A stretch of 63,701 nucleotides of DNA, counting the filler, from Octopus bimaculoides (lineage: Eukaryota), in assembly GCF_001194135.2 (NCBI RefSeq). It is 5 parts of 5 records of this genome, joined end to end, with 100 filler letters (N's around TTAATTAATTAA, not from the genome) between each part and the next. Parts side by side here need not be neighbours in the genome. Positions count along the whole stretch, not along the records: positions 1 to 23,903 come from NC_068983.1; 4 more parts are not named here. One strand, given 5' to 3'. Every line of letters starts with the position of its first letter. The stretch's first letter is position 1. Position numbers and translations under genes: made by a program. This document shows, one piece after another, positions 1-12,025 of this stretch. The notes beneath the pieces are model-generated. The model was not told the DNA's origin. It worked only from the letters and a program-made list of their open reading frames with translations, and searched no databases.

Positions 1-519
1 TATATATATATATATACATATATATACATATATACGCGTATATGGCTCTATATAGGTGTCTATATATCAATGTGTGCATTATGATCTGTGAGTGTATGTC
101 CGTGAATCCGCCTTTAGGTTGTGCGGATGCGTGTAAATATGTGTGAGTGTACTGTTTTGGTGTGAATAAGCATTTATACACTAACACTCGCACATACACA
201 CATTTTCCTTTCATCTTTCTCTTAAAATATTTATCCTCTAAAGAGTATACTATGCTAGTGCCACTCTGAAAGAGTTTATGATTGGTGGCTGGTGTATTAA
301 ACGAAATTTTCAATAAGATGCAAGTGTACAGCTATCAATAAAAGAAAAGAAAGGCCTTTATAGGTTCGTGACGACGGTGAAGATGGATATTCGCCATTTC
401 TCACATAGACTATAAAATATACAGCGAATTCCTACGGTTGAATGCAGGAAACTATACAAGTACGTATATACAGGTATACAATACAACCATACACGTACAT
501 CACAATGCGTACATATTTG

Positions 520-777
520 ACACATACACACAGAAAACACAAACACACACACACATATACATATGTATAAATATATATCCATGCCTACACAACACACATA
601 AAGAGATATAGAGATAGGCATTGAATAAATAGCTTAGCTATACGTATGTATATATGCATGCATACGTATATAATTTGTGTGTGCACGTTTTCATTCATGG
701 TTCGCTTGCGATATGTGAGTGTGCATATGTTTGCAACAGGTGTTTGCATGCTCGTATACATATATGTATATACATAC

Positions 778-822
<45 letters not shown>

Positions 823-935
823 AGTATGTATGTATGTATGTATGTATATACATACATACACACATACATACATGCATACATGCATACATACATACATGCA
901 TACATACATACATATATATACATACATACATATAC
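520..935. repeat. Compound microsatellite (CA/TA/TG/TATG/CATA)
   Basis: Direct reading. It generates the CVCV/HTHT/YIYI ORFs in the track. Confidence 0.95.
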
Positions 936-1239
936 TCGTGGAAGCGGATATTAGTATTCAGAAATTCGCTCCCTTATAAATATATTCTGCATGTTGTATT
1001 TGTGAGTGTGCGAATTGAATGCATATAAGCACATAAATATGAGTATGTATATACTACCAGTATGTAAATTATAGTATGCATGTAAGTATGTATATAATTT
1101 GCCATTTAAGTTGATGTAGCGTTGCTTAGAAACAGTGCATGTTGAGAATAGTTGTGCATTTGAATGCCGTATTATGCGCATGCATGAATGCAAGGATGTG
1201 TAGCCCTCTCTTAATTCTACTCTGTCTTACTCTCTATTT

Positions 1240-1475
1240 GTACAAATATATATATACATATATATANNNNNNNNNNATATATATATATATATACACATAT
1301 ATACACACACATTTATACAAATACATATATATGTGTGTGTGTGTGTATGTATATATATATATATGTGTGTGTGCGTGTGTGTGTATGTATGTATATATGA
1401 ATGAATGTATGTATGTATGTATGTATGTATTTATGTATGTATGTATGTATGTATTTATGTATGTATGTATGTATG
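1240..1475. repeat. Compound microsatellite (TA)n/(TG)n/(TATG)n
   Basis: Direct reading. The (TATG)n part reads (CATA)n on the minus strand and abuts the 3' end of the RTE-like remnant. Confidence 0.9.
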
Positions 1476-1800
1476 AAGTACCCTCAATTGCGATTCGCCC
1501 TCCCACGCTGTGCCAAGAATCTCGGCTCTACTTAGGGTTGGTAGGTCCTCGTAGTTGTGCGTATCTATCGAATAAATGAATGTAGTTGAGTTGTCCTCGT
1601 TTTCTGTTGGTCTGGGATCGTCTACAGAACACAGTATCATATCTGACTTTATAGCTTTAGCTGTTTCAGGACGTTTCTCCAGAGCATTTGATAATGTCGA
1701 CAGATGGCCTGTATTGTACATCTTTCTGCGCTTTTGGACATGAGATCTTCATTGTTCTGGACCGATTATTTTGTAGTCCCAGCACACAATATGCCAGCTG
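1476..1800 (-). mobile_element. Degenerate RTE-like LINE 3' end
   Basis: Minus-strand translation across frameshifts gives QKRRKMY.TGHL...SDMIL..., NRKRGQLNYI, YEDLPTL and SRDSWHSV. This resembles the RTE ORF C-terminus (RRL.YAGH ... R.RGR..YID ... RD.WR) and ends in a (CATA)n tail. Confidence 0.45.
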
Positions 1801-1879
1801 TTCTCTCTAGCTGCTACAGGTTAGGACGAAAAGTGGAGGCATAACAGTCGACTGTGCAAAGCAAGATTTCCCAGGCGAC

Positions 1880-3250
1880 TTGTATTTTTAATGGGAAGTT
1901 AGTGTCATTGATTCTGACTTAACATTATATGTGGCATGGCTGTAATGTTCTTGTAAGCTTTGCAATGTTAATTGCCAAGAATTTTTAATGTGTTGGTTAT
2001 CTCATGTATGTGTTTTGCAAGTGTCGTGTGGTAATTGTTTCAAATATTTCCTACAATTGTTCATGGTATTTCGGTAGACTTCGTTGTGTAGCTGGAATCT
2101 TATACAAACTACTTATACATAAGAATAGATTGGAATTTGTCCTGTGCCTAATCTTGCTTTCCGTTTTGAATTCATAGGCATTCCTGGAATCCCGTTTTCG
2201 TAAAAGTATTTTCTATTATATGCGCTTAATTACTATTTCTAATGAGGTAAAGAGTTCTTTTGATATTATTAAGTGTGGAAGCATTTTCATTGGGCACTAA
2301 AGCAATGATACTTCTCTGCCTGTGCTGAGTTAGAAGATGGGACACAAAAGGATCAAGTTCGGTTCGGGCTGCGTTGTAGAAATAATTTATAAAGAGGTGT
2401 CATGCAGAGTGATCAGTCTCGTCAGAAACAGATTAAGATAAACAACACCCAAATGTCTGAACAGAGTTATGTTTCTACAGAGGTTTACCGTTGCGTGACT
2501 GTTGACCGTTGTTCTAGGAAAGAGAAACACATAGCTTTTAATGTTGAAGGGACAGATTTCGTTGCATAGCAAGTCTGTCTTCAATCAATGCCCATAGTCG
2601 ACGGTGCGGAGAAAAGCACTAAGACTCCGATATAAGGCAAAATTCTTATGCTCGCCACATGTGAGAAAAATGTTGCTACAGTTTGGTCGGGTTACAATCA
2701 TCAGTCAAGCACCGACAGAGGACGCAGGTGTAGCTGCTGTTTATATTCATTCCAGATGTAGTTGTTCCTTTAGTTACTTCATCCTGATCATTTTCCATGA
2801 GTGTTTCCTTGTTTTCAGTGTTGGTCTTTGAAGCATGGCTTTAGTTCTAGATGTCTACGCTGTATTTGTTTTTGCTAGTTATAATGTCAATAATAATTCT
2901 TGTTGAGAAGTGTTTCAATGTCTTCACAAAATGTCTGGCCTCCAATGATGAACGACTGCCACCGGTTTCAGTTTTCATCTCCACCACGATTACCACCATG
3001 CTCTCTTGTAAGTATATCCATTGTCTGCCGAAGATGCAGAATGGGAGAAATTGGAGAAGAAGAATGGCAACGACTTACGCAAGTGTTTGTATAAATATCG
3101 TCCATATCTTATTTCTTGTGTTTGTTCCATATTATTTTTTGTGCGGCGGCGTATTCGTCGTTGGTGAGGAGACTGTAGCCGATAGCAAGCAATGATGCTT
3201 GCAGTACATACATTTATTGTTGCAATTATCTGCTTATTTAAAACTCCCAA
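1880..3250 (-). mobile_element. Highly decayed Penelope-like retroelement (RT + GIY-YIG remnant)
   Basis: Ordered minus-strand fragments: MGI..EDRLA (approx. GLYRDDGLA), TVN...VN...NITL, YNAAR, HRQRSII (approx. RKRNIIWFNPP), TTLAKHIHEI and W.L..KAYKNIT (GIY-YIG C-terminus). Many stops and frameshifts. Confidence 0.45.
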
Positions 3251-3482
3251 GAGTTGGGCCGCCTAGGCCTTGCCATGCCATGACGTAACATGCCAGTTTC
3301 TATCTAAATGATGCCAGGAAGCCACAATGGTTTGTAAGTGTTGTCAGTAGCTACCCACTTCACCGTTTTCACCTAGACGAGGCTCGACTTCGCTGGCATC
3401 AATACAGCATAATCCCGGAAATCCGCTTTCTCATACACACCGAGAAGCTGGATTAATCGCCTATATGTTAGTGATGTAAAGA

Positions 3483-3790
3483 CACATGGTTAAGAGCGTA
3501 AGGTTAACAATCATGAGATAGTGGGTTCGATTCATGGATCGGACTGTGTTTCGTGTTCTTGAGCAAGAACACTTTATTTCACGTTGCTCAAGTTCACTCA
3601 GCTGTAGAAATTAGTTGCGACGTCACTTTGCCTGTCTCTTGGATAACATCGGTGGCGTGAAAAGGAGGGGGGGGGGCTTTTACGAATGGGTGACCGCTGG
3701 GCTTCCATAAGCAACCATGCCGAACTTATGCCTTGGAGGGGAACTTTCAGGTGCAATCCTATAGTCATACATAACCAAAAGGAGTCTTTC
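3483..3790 (+). mobile_element. tRNA-derived SINE, family E
   Basis: A-box-like CACATGGTTAAG, B box GGGTTCGATTC, core GTGTTCTTGAGCAAGAACACTTTATTTCACGTTGCTC. Homologous along its length to the inverted copy at 11043-11366. Confidence 0.85.
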
Positions 3791-4327
3791 ACGTGCATTC
3801 ACAAATGTTAGTGGATATCCATTTAATATCTCCTTTACTGTGACATAGAACCTCCGCTGTGTTGTATTGACTTCTTTTATAGTGTAACATTGTTTCCTCA
3901 TATTACNNNNNNNNNNNNNNNNNNNNNNNNNNNNNNNNNNNNNNNNNNNNNNNNNNNNNNNNNNNNNNNNNNNNNNNNNNNNNNNNNNNNNNNNNNNNNN
4001 NNNNNNNNNNNNNNNNNNNNNNNNNNNNNNNNNNNNNNNNNNNNNNNNNNNNNNNNNNNNNNNNNNNNNNNNNNNNNNNNNNNNNNNNNNNNNNNNNNNN
4101 NNNNNNNNNNNNNNNNNNNNNNNNNNNNNNNNNNNNNNNNNNNNNNNNNNNNNNNNNNNNNNNNNNNNNNNNNNNNNNNNNNNNNNNNNNNNNNNNNNNN
4201 NNNNNNNNNNNNNNNNNNNNNNNNNNNNNNNNNNNNNNNNNNNNNNNNNNNNNNNNNNNNNNNNNNNNNNNNNNNNNNNNNNNNNNNNNNNNNNNNNNNN
4301 NNNNNNNNNNNNNNNNNNNNNNNNNNN

Positions 4328-4491
4328 GTGGTGGTGGTTGTGGTGGTGGTGAAAGTAGTAGTAGTAGTAGTAGTAGCGGCGGCGGCGGTGGTGATGGTGG
4401 TGGTGGAAGTAGTAGTAGTAATAGTAGTAGTAGTAGTAGTAGCAGTAGTAGTAGTAGTAGTTAGTAGTAGTAGTAGTAGTAGTAGTAGTTA

Positions 4492-4560
<69 letters not shown>

Positions 4561-4563
4561 ATA
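4328..4563. repeat. (GTG)n/(GTA)n trinucleotide microsatellite
   Basis: Direct reading. Confidence 0.95.
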
Positions 4564-4917
4564 GTCAAGGATTGGCGTCTATAATATCGATTATCCTCTC
4601 CCAGTCAATATTACTGAGCTTGTGTCTAAACAAATTAGAAACAATTATTTAAAGCAGTGGTAATGTCCTCTGTTAAGGAAGCTAAAATTCTGCTACCATT
4701 TCCCCCTCGTACTATGTTAGGTGCTACCATCTTAAACATCATACCGTTGCTGGTTATGATTGAGGTCATGGTGTAGGCAACTATAACTTTCTATCTGCAG
4801 TGGTGGACTTTTAAATGACGGCGGAGAAGTCCCAGGTTTCTCTGTTCTTTGTTTTCTGTGCGGGATGTTTCGCCTACATCTTACATTTTTTTCTTTTTTA
4901 CTTTCTTTTTTAGGTGA

Positions 4918-5135
4918 AATTTGGCAGAATCGCTCGCATGCGGGCAAAATACCAAGCAGCATTTCGTTCATCTTTACGGTCTGAGTTCAAATTCCGCTTG
5001 TGATCCACTTGACCATTCGTCCATTCGAGGTCGATAAAATAAGTACCAGATGCGCAGTGGGGTCTTTGTATTCGACTATACCTTCCAACAATTCTCAGGC
5101 ACAATGCCTATAATAGAAATTATTATTATTATTAC
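4918..5135 (+). mobile_element. SINE family A (degenerate)
   Basis: TGGCAGAATCG...CTGAGTTCAAATTCCGC...GGTCGATAAAATAAGTACCAG...TGCCTATAATAGAAA followed by an (ATT)n tail. Matches the copy at 54560. Confidence 0.8.
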
Positions 5136-5149
5136 ATGCCAAAATTTCA

Positions 5150-5225
5150 AAGGCCGAAAGGATGAAAGGCAAAATCGACCTCGGCGGAATTTGAAATTCA
5201 GAATGTAAACACGGACGTAATGACA
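5150..5225 (-). mobile_element. SINE family A fragment
   Basis: GAAAGGATGAAAGGCAAAATCGACCTCGGCGGAATTTGAAATTCAGAA is the reverse complement of the family A core. Confidence 0.85.
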
Positions 5226-5228
5226 CTA

Positions 5229-5261
<33 letters not shown>

Positions 5262-6176
5262 GTGATGATGATGTCCATAATTAACAGAAAACGATATCAA
5301 CGTGAAACTATACAGATGAATGCGCAAAGACCAGCGCTCTCTTGTGCAGCGAAAAGATGCAATGAAGTGTACTGAAAATAATGATGTAATGGTTGTGGTG
5401 ACGATGACGATAATGGAGGAAGGAATATCACCATTAAATATGAGTACCCATGATGCGGTTTATGTCACTGTGTCGTTGTAAGTTTATGTACGTTCGGTAG
5501 ATGAACTCACGCGTTCCATTGAAAAATGTGTTGATATGTGTATGGTTATGAGTACGTGTGAATATAAGAAAGTATGTACGTGCCTGTTGTAAGCGTGTGC
5601 GCATGCGTATTTCAGTTCTTTTCCACAAACAAACGGAAGCATAATTTGCTAGAAGATTGACGGTTGTGTTCCAATATGGCTTCAAATATGGGTTTGAATG
5701 ATATCATATCTGTCATTTCTAGTCAATCACAAAGCTGTACAATATAATGGCTACAATACTGTAACCAACATTGTTTTAATCGTTGTCTGTTGCAAGGCTT
5801 TCATTCGGAACAAAAATCTGTCCTATTATAAATATTCCAGAAGAAGTAAATGCGATGTCATGCTACCAAACATGCCTAATCGTATATTATACATTACTAT
5901 GTATGTATGTATGTATGTATGTATGTACGTACGTACGTACGTATGTATATATGGATGTGTATGTGTGTATGTATGTCTATATTTATGTATATATGTATGT
6001 ATGTATGAATGTATGTATGTACACAACACACAACAGACACACATATACATCTATATATGTATATGTGTATAAATACGTACACGTATATATGAATGTGTAC
6101 ACATATATATGTGAGTGTGTCTATCTGCATACAAATTAAAAGATAGGCATACGTATGTATATATAATATCTATCTC

Positions 6177-6283
<107 letters not shown>

Positions 6284-6704
6284 ATGTATATTATACACAT
6301 GTATATATGGGTATAAGACGTCACTAACAATGCAAATAATACACACGAGAGATATATTCAAGACGTGGACGGTAATTACAGGACAAACACATGGGAAATA
6401 TGTAAACAAACGAGGGAAAAACGAGTGAAATATATAATCAACGAGAAAAATGGAAAACAGGACAACTTAACACCAAAAAATAACCCTTCATCAGTTGTCG
6501 GCTGTCTATCTACTCTTCACTACGAGTATTCAAGCAACAATATGAGTATTCATATATACATACACACACACACACATACACACACACATATATATATATT
6601 TTTTTAATTCTTTTTTATTCTCTTTTTATTTGTTATATATATAACGAATAAAAAGTTTTTGAATGGTACAATAATGCACTATCATACAGAAAATGGACTA
6701 TATA

Positions 6705-6924
6705 CCTGTTGCAATTTAGTTATCCATAGTCCGATTATATTTGGGAATACAATTCCTTCTTCAGATATTCTTAGATGGAATCGATTTTCCAACGGCTTTT
6801 CTGTTTTTTTTTCTTTTTTTTTTTTTTTGAAGTTTCCGAAAAAAGAAAAGACATCTAAGAATATCTGAAGAAGAAATTGTATACCGAAATATCATTGGAC
6901 TATGGATAACTAAATTACAACAGG
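6705..6924. repeat. Long inverted repeat / foldback (73-bp arms, MITE-like)
   Basis: 6705-6777 versus the reverse complement of 6852-6924: 6 mismatches in 73. The spacer has T-rich then A-rich tracts. Confidence 0.9.
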
Positions 6925-7864
6925 GGAATTTCAACCATGTTTCGTGGTCTGCTAACACAACAGCTCCTTTATAAGATCCAGTTAGCTCAAGACATCANNN
7001 NNNNNNNNNNNNNNNNNNNNNNNNNNNNNNNNNNNNNNNNNNNNNNNNNNNNNNNNNNNNNNNNNNNNNNNNNNNNNNNNNNNNNNNNNNNNNNNNNNNN
7101 NNNNNNNNNNNNNNNNNNNNNNNNNNNNNNNNNNNNNNNNNNNNNNNNNNNNNNNNNNNNNNNNNNNNNNNNNNNNNNNNNNNNNNNNNNNNNNNNNNNN
7201 NNNNNNNNNNNNNNNNNNNNNNNNNNNNNNNNNNNNNNNNNNNNNNNNNNNNNNNNNNNNNNNNNNNNNNNNNNNNNNNNNNNNNNNNNNNNNNNNNNNN
7301 NNNNNNNNNNNNNNNNNNNNNNNNNNNNNNNNNNNNNNNNNNNNNNNNNNNNNNNNNNNNNNNNNNNNNNNNNNNNNNNNNNNNNNNNNNNNNNNNNNNN
7401 NNNNNNNNNNNNNNNNNNNNNNNNNNNNNNNNNNNNNNNNNNNNNNNNNNNNNNNNNNNNNNNNNNNNNNNNNNNNNNNNNNNNNNNNNNNNNNNNNNNN
7501 NNNNNNNNNNNNNNNNNNNNNNNNNNNNNNNNNNNNNNNNNNNNNNNNNNNNNNNNNNNNNNNNNNNNNNNNNNNNNNNNNNNNNNNNNNNNNNNNNNNN
7601 NNNNNNNNNNNNNNNNNNNNNNNNNNNNNNNNNNNNNNNNNNNNNNNNNNNNNNNNNNNNNNNNNNNNNNNATATATATACATATATATATATTGAGGTT
7701 ATGAGAGGTAATGGTGTCAAAAAGACCCAGAGGTGTCAGGTAATACTGAGTAAGTGTTATGGACAGACTAGTTAAGCTCCAGGTTCGGTGATTATGCGAA
7801 CGAGGAGTCCAACGTAAGTCATATATTAACATGCATATATATGAAAAAAATAATTAACAGAATG

Positions 7865-7990
7865 AGATAAAAATCCAAGGCTGTGAAAGATTTCAGAACA
7901 TTTATAAAGTGAAGGTCTTACAGCTGTTTCCTGGATATTTTGTATATCTCTTCATTAGAAACGGTGCGAGAAAATGGTTAAGCAATAGTT
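7865..7990 (-). mobile_element. Penelope-like terminal repeat (pLTR) segment
   Basis: CCAAGGCTGTG...ACATTTATAAAG...GTCTTACAGCTGTTTCC.GGATAT is shared with 49775-49900. It lies just 3' of the Penelope ORF remnant and contains a hammerhead motif. Confidence 0.7.
7915..7962 (-). ncRNA. Minimal type-I hammerhead ribozyme motif (core mutated)
   Basis: Minus strand: GTTT-CTAATGA-AGAGATATACAAAATATCCAG-GAAAC-AGCT-GTA-AGAC. Stem I GTTT/AGAC, stem II GATAT/ATATC, palindromic stem III ACAGCTGT, GUA cleavage triplet. G5->A in the core. Confidence 0.75.
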
Positions 7991-8099
7991 TTTCTAGAGA
8001 AGATATGAAACAGAGATTGAAGTGCAGGAATGAAAACAGACGTGAGATACGCAGGGATATTGTATCTGCAGTTCCATTATTTAAGCAGAATGGTATACA

Positions 8100-9060
8100 T
8101 ATACGCATCCTGTACCTTGTGTGGAAGTTCAAATAGTATTTAAAATTGGTCATTCCCAGCGTAGGCTGGTGCTGAGTAAGCATAGTCTTTTCTCTTGTAT
8201 TTTTACGTTTATTTGAGAGTCAATGTTCATGTTCTTTTAACTACCAGATTTCATCAGACAATGTTATGTTGCAAGCATACTACTTCCTGAAGAAAGCAGT
8301 GTAGTTGTAATATTGCTCCTTGAAACTCTGCCACTTTTATGCTTGCTATTGGCTATATCGATAGAAATAACTTCAGTTTTGTACATTAATGTTTCGGCCT
8401 TGAAAGAATAGTCTTGCAGAACTCATTGCACGTACCTGCATGTGTCTCTGTGTTTGAGAGAGAAGGCAACAGCAAGTAACAAATTTGTGTTGATATTTAT
8501 CATATACTGTGATGGGAAGGAAAGTGTTCATTTAAAATTGTCAGGAAGCTTTTAACTAAGTTAGCCTTTAAGCTTAAAATGTAAATATAAATGCTCCATA
8601 TAAAACTGTGTGCTTGGACTTAGTTCAGGAGAGTGGAATTCGTAGTGTACTGAATTTTTTATAGTGGAAGTGCTACTTACTAAGGCAGTATTGTAATATG
8701 AGACGACTTTATTTAATGTATCTGTGATAGAAGAATGGTTAGACATTTTTCTGCTAATATTTCGATAAGAATTTGAAAACCATGGTGTTTGATAATATTT
8801 AGTGTTTGTATAAATCAATATTTCATTTGGCTGGCCTTGAGGTGTTAGTGTCCATGTTAAGAGTGACATCTAAGGATCTAACAGTTTTAGGTTAATGGTT
8901 AGCTTTAGGCCTAAGCTGTTGAAGATGCTTATGGAGTTATTTAATCTATCAAATGCCTGGTCCATTAGACTGTAATAAAATGGTCAATCCATTATGTCAA
9001 TATCATCCCATGTTGACAATGGTAAATCTATCTGTTAATATGATGATTACAAGTAGGCCA
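8100..9060 (-). mobile_element. Decayed Penelope-like retroelement (RT C-half, thumb, GIY-YIG)
   Basis: Ordered minus-strand motifs: MG*Y*HNGL (GLYRDDGL), FNSLGLKLTI, KTVRSLDVTLN, QPNEILIY, NISRKMSNHSS, YYNTAL, NLVKSFLTILNEHFPSHH, LMYKTEV, FKEQYYNYTAFFR, TLSDEIW*LK. Confidence 0.85.
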
Positions 9061-10875
9061 GCGAAATCACTAGCATATTGTTACATATTATATCTTGACA
9101 AGTACATATATTTTTTTTATTCCTAACATTTCTGTAAATTCACTGATACTTACAAATATACTACTAACTAAATATTATTACTCCCACTCTCAAAGAATGA
9201 AGAAAAATAGTCAAACTATAGAACAACCTTTCAGACCACGCCTAAACCAGTGAACAGGATCTACATGAAAAGTTTAATAAGTACAATGAAGAAAAAGTTA
9301 AATATGCTGGAAGTCATATTTTTACAGGACCATATTAAAAGTGATTTTTGAAATGCTAAGCTGGATCCACCTACTCCGGATTAAAGGACTCGGAAAATGT
9401 GAAGCCGTTACTCCGGAATTAATTAGAACAGAAGTATGTAAAATTAGATAGAAATAATTTCAAAAGTAAACTGAAATTGGTTATTATGAATAGCGTTTAA
9501 GAACTCTAATTTCATATATTTTCAGACGAGACAACTTGTTCAAACTTAGCAAAGATATTTACGATTAACTGTTAATTAACGTTGTCATGCGCAAATACAT
9601 TAAAGCTAAAAATATATTTTAATAAGACTAATGATGAAGCAAAAATAATAGCCACATAACTGAAACTAGATAAGAAAGCGCATTGTTTAGTCGAACATGA
9701 AGTGTTTATAATACTTATAAATTACAATGAGAGTTTCAGCGCAAACTGCGAGAGTAGACTAATAAATCACGTTATAAGTTATCGTAGGACAGATGGCATC
9801 CATATAGTTAATCACATTAACTATAAAATACGAAACGCTACCGGATTGCAACGATGAAATATATAGATACGTATATATAGTTGTTTTAAGATAATAAAAT
9901 GACATATTGCACTTAATATTGAGAAAAATGGAAAAATAATGTCAAGAATGCTGTATCAATTAGAAAGATAAGAAGCATAAACTCGTATAATATATCGTAT
10001 TATAAGTGTATTGCACCATATTATTTGATATTAAAGATAGTGTGTATAATTAGTCATAGACATTCTCAGTATTTTGTTTAGTATAGATAAAAATACATTG
10101 AAGATTAGTGTCCTTGAACCGTAAGAGTGAGTATGTTAAATTATTAAAGAAATATATAAATTCGTAAGATAGTTTTCGGCCGGATTGTGAAAAAGAAAAG
10201 AAATGCACTTACTGTATTATCTTACAAATAGTTTGAAATATTTCAATGTACGTCATAGCTGTTTAAAAAGACATCTAGAGATTTGTCCAGAATTTATTTT
10301 GGAGAGGAGACATTTTGAGAATTATAATTCGTATGATTCGGGTTTAGAAAGCGAACATATCGTGTGAATACTGATATGATCATGTGAAATAATCTAATTT
10401 TCATTTATTAATGTATATATTTTTTTTTTAGATTCCACTGCGTAACGGGACGAGTTGGTTACGAAAAGTGTATGGTGTGTATGGGAGTGTGTATGCGCGC
10501 GCGCGTGTGTGCGTGTGCGCGCGTGCGCGTGTATTGATAAATTATGATTATATAAATATAATTATAAGGGCAACTATTGGGTAGCGTTACATGTTAGAAG
10601 ATGCCAAATAGCTCTAAAACTACGTTATTTACCACAAAACGCGGGCTGAAAGCGAGGGAATGAACAAAAAAACATTATTTTTTAAAGTTTAGACATAAAT
10701 CGTTTTCTGGTTTAGAAATGTTATACCCTTTACCGTCCTCGGTATGATAAAACCGAAAGTACATGGTTATAAACATTTATAGGTACCATACGTACACAAT
10801 GTATCCACAGTACAGATGCAAATGTTCTCATTTATATACAAGTTAAATCTCGTTCGTTCATCTCATGGTTTGTTT

Positions 10876-10917
10876 TACATGCTAGCTACTTGATTTTTAT
10901 CAAGTAGCTAGCATGTA
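10876..10917. repeat. Perfect 19-bp hairpin
   Basis: TACATGCTAGCTACTTGAT-TTTT-ATCAAGTAGCTAGCATGTA. Confidence 0.95.
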
Positions 10918-11042
10918 TACAATCCTATATAGATTGTATCATTGATTATAATGATAAATACGAATTCACTTCAACCAAACTTATTCGCTGCTGAATTATT
11001 TTGGGTATTCACGCGTGGCTGAGAGGAACGAACTAGAATTTG

Positions 11043-11366
11043 GAGACCCCTTCGGTCATGAATGACCATGGAATTGAACCTAAAAAATTACCCTTCGAGG
11101 TACAAGTCCGGGCAAGGTTGTTAGTGGAAGGCCAGGAGTCACCCATGCATACCAGCCTCCCCTCCCCACACCACTGATGTCATCCAAGAGAAAGGCAAAT
11201 ACCGACACAGCTTGGCACCAGTGATGTCCCAACTCATTTCTACAGCTGAGTCAATTGGAGCAACGTAAAATAAAGTGTCTTGCTCAAGGACACGACACGC
11301 AGACCGGTCTGGGATCGAACTCACAACCTCACGATTGTAAGCTGGACGCTGTATCCACTGAGCCTT
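11043..11366 (-). mobile_element. tRNA-derived SINE, family E
   Basis: Reverse complement: GGCTCAGTGG (A box)...GAGTTCGATCCC (B box)...GTGTCCTTGAGCAAGACACTTTATTTTACGTTGCTCC...GGTCATTCATGACCGAAGGGGTCTC. Confidence 0.88.
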
Positions 11367-11751
11367 ACGTTAAACTAGTTAAACTAGAATATAACTTGTA
11401 TATAAATATGGACATTTATATATCCAATGTGGATACATTGATTTCGTATGGCATGCGTAAATGCTTATAATTATATACATTCGGTTATGTCATACTGACG
11501 ACAGTAAAGGGTATTACATCCCTAAATCAGAAATCGATTAATGTCTAAGCATGTTTTAAAAATTCATTTTTGTTCATTCCATCGCTTTTATCCCGTGTCT
11601 ATGTGATAAATAGGATGGTTTTAGAGCCATTTGGCGTCTTCTTCTAGCATGCGATACTACCTAGTAATTGCCCTTATTATAATTATATATATATATATGT
11701 ATATATATATGTATATATATACTTGCACACATGCGTACACACACACACCTA

Positions 11752-11788
<37 letters not shown>

Positions 11789-11789
11789 G

Positions 11790-12025
11790 TTAGTGTGTAG
11801 TTGTGTGTGTCTTTGTGTCTGTGTTCGTTCCTCATCACCACTTGACAACCAGTGTTGGTGTGTTTACGTCCCCCGTAATTTAGCGGTTCGACAAAAGATA
11901 CCGATAGAAAAATTACTAGGCTTACAAAGAATAAATCATGGGATCGATTTGTTGGATTAAAACTCTTCAAGGCAGTGCTCTAACATAGCCGCAGTCAAAT
12001 GACTTGTAACAAGTAAAAGAATAAA
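11790..12025 (+). mobile_element. SINE family B, 3' half
   Basis: CTTGACAACCAGTGTTGGTGTGTTTACGTCCCCCGTAATTTAGCGGTTCG...GCCGCAGTCAAATGAC matches 15380-15560. Confidence 0.85.

Noticed and set aside
5322-5380. Hammerhead-like CAGATGA...GCGAAA
   Set aside because: No stem III or cleavage triplet can be formed.
8561-8869. 102-aa minus-strand ORF as a host gene
   Set aside because: It is the thumb region of the decayed Penelope RT, with frameshifts on both sides.
10495-10533. (CG)n/(TG)n alternating tract as functional Z-DNA
   Set aside because: Similar tracts are common in this window (14540, 56085, 59815, 60400), and nothing distinguishes this one.
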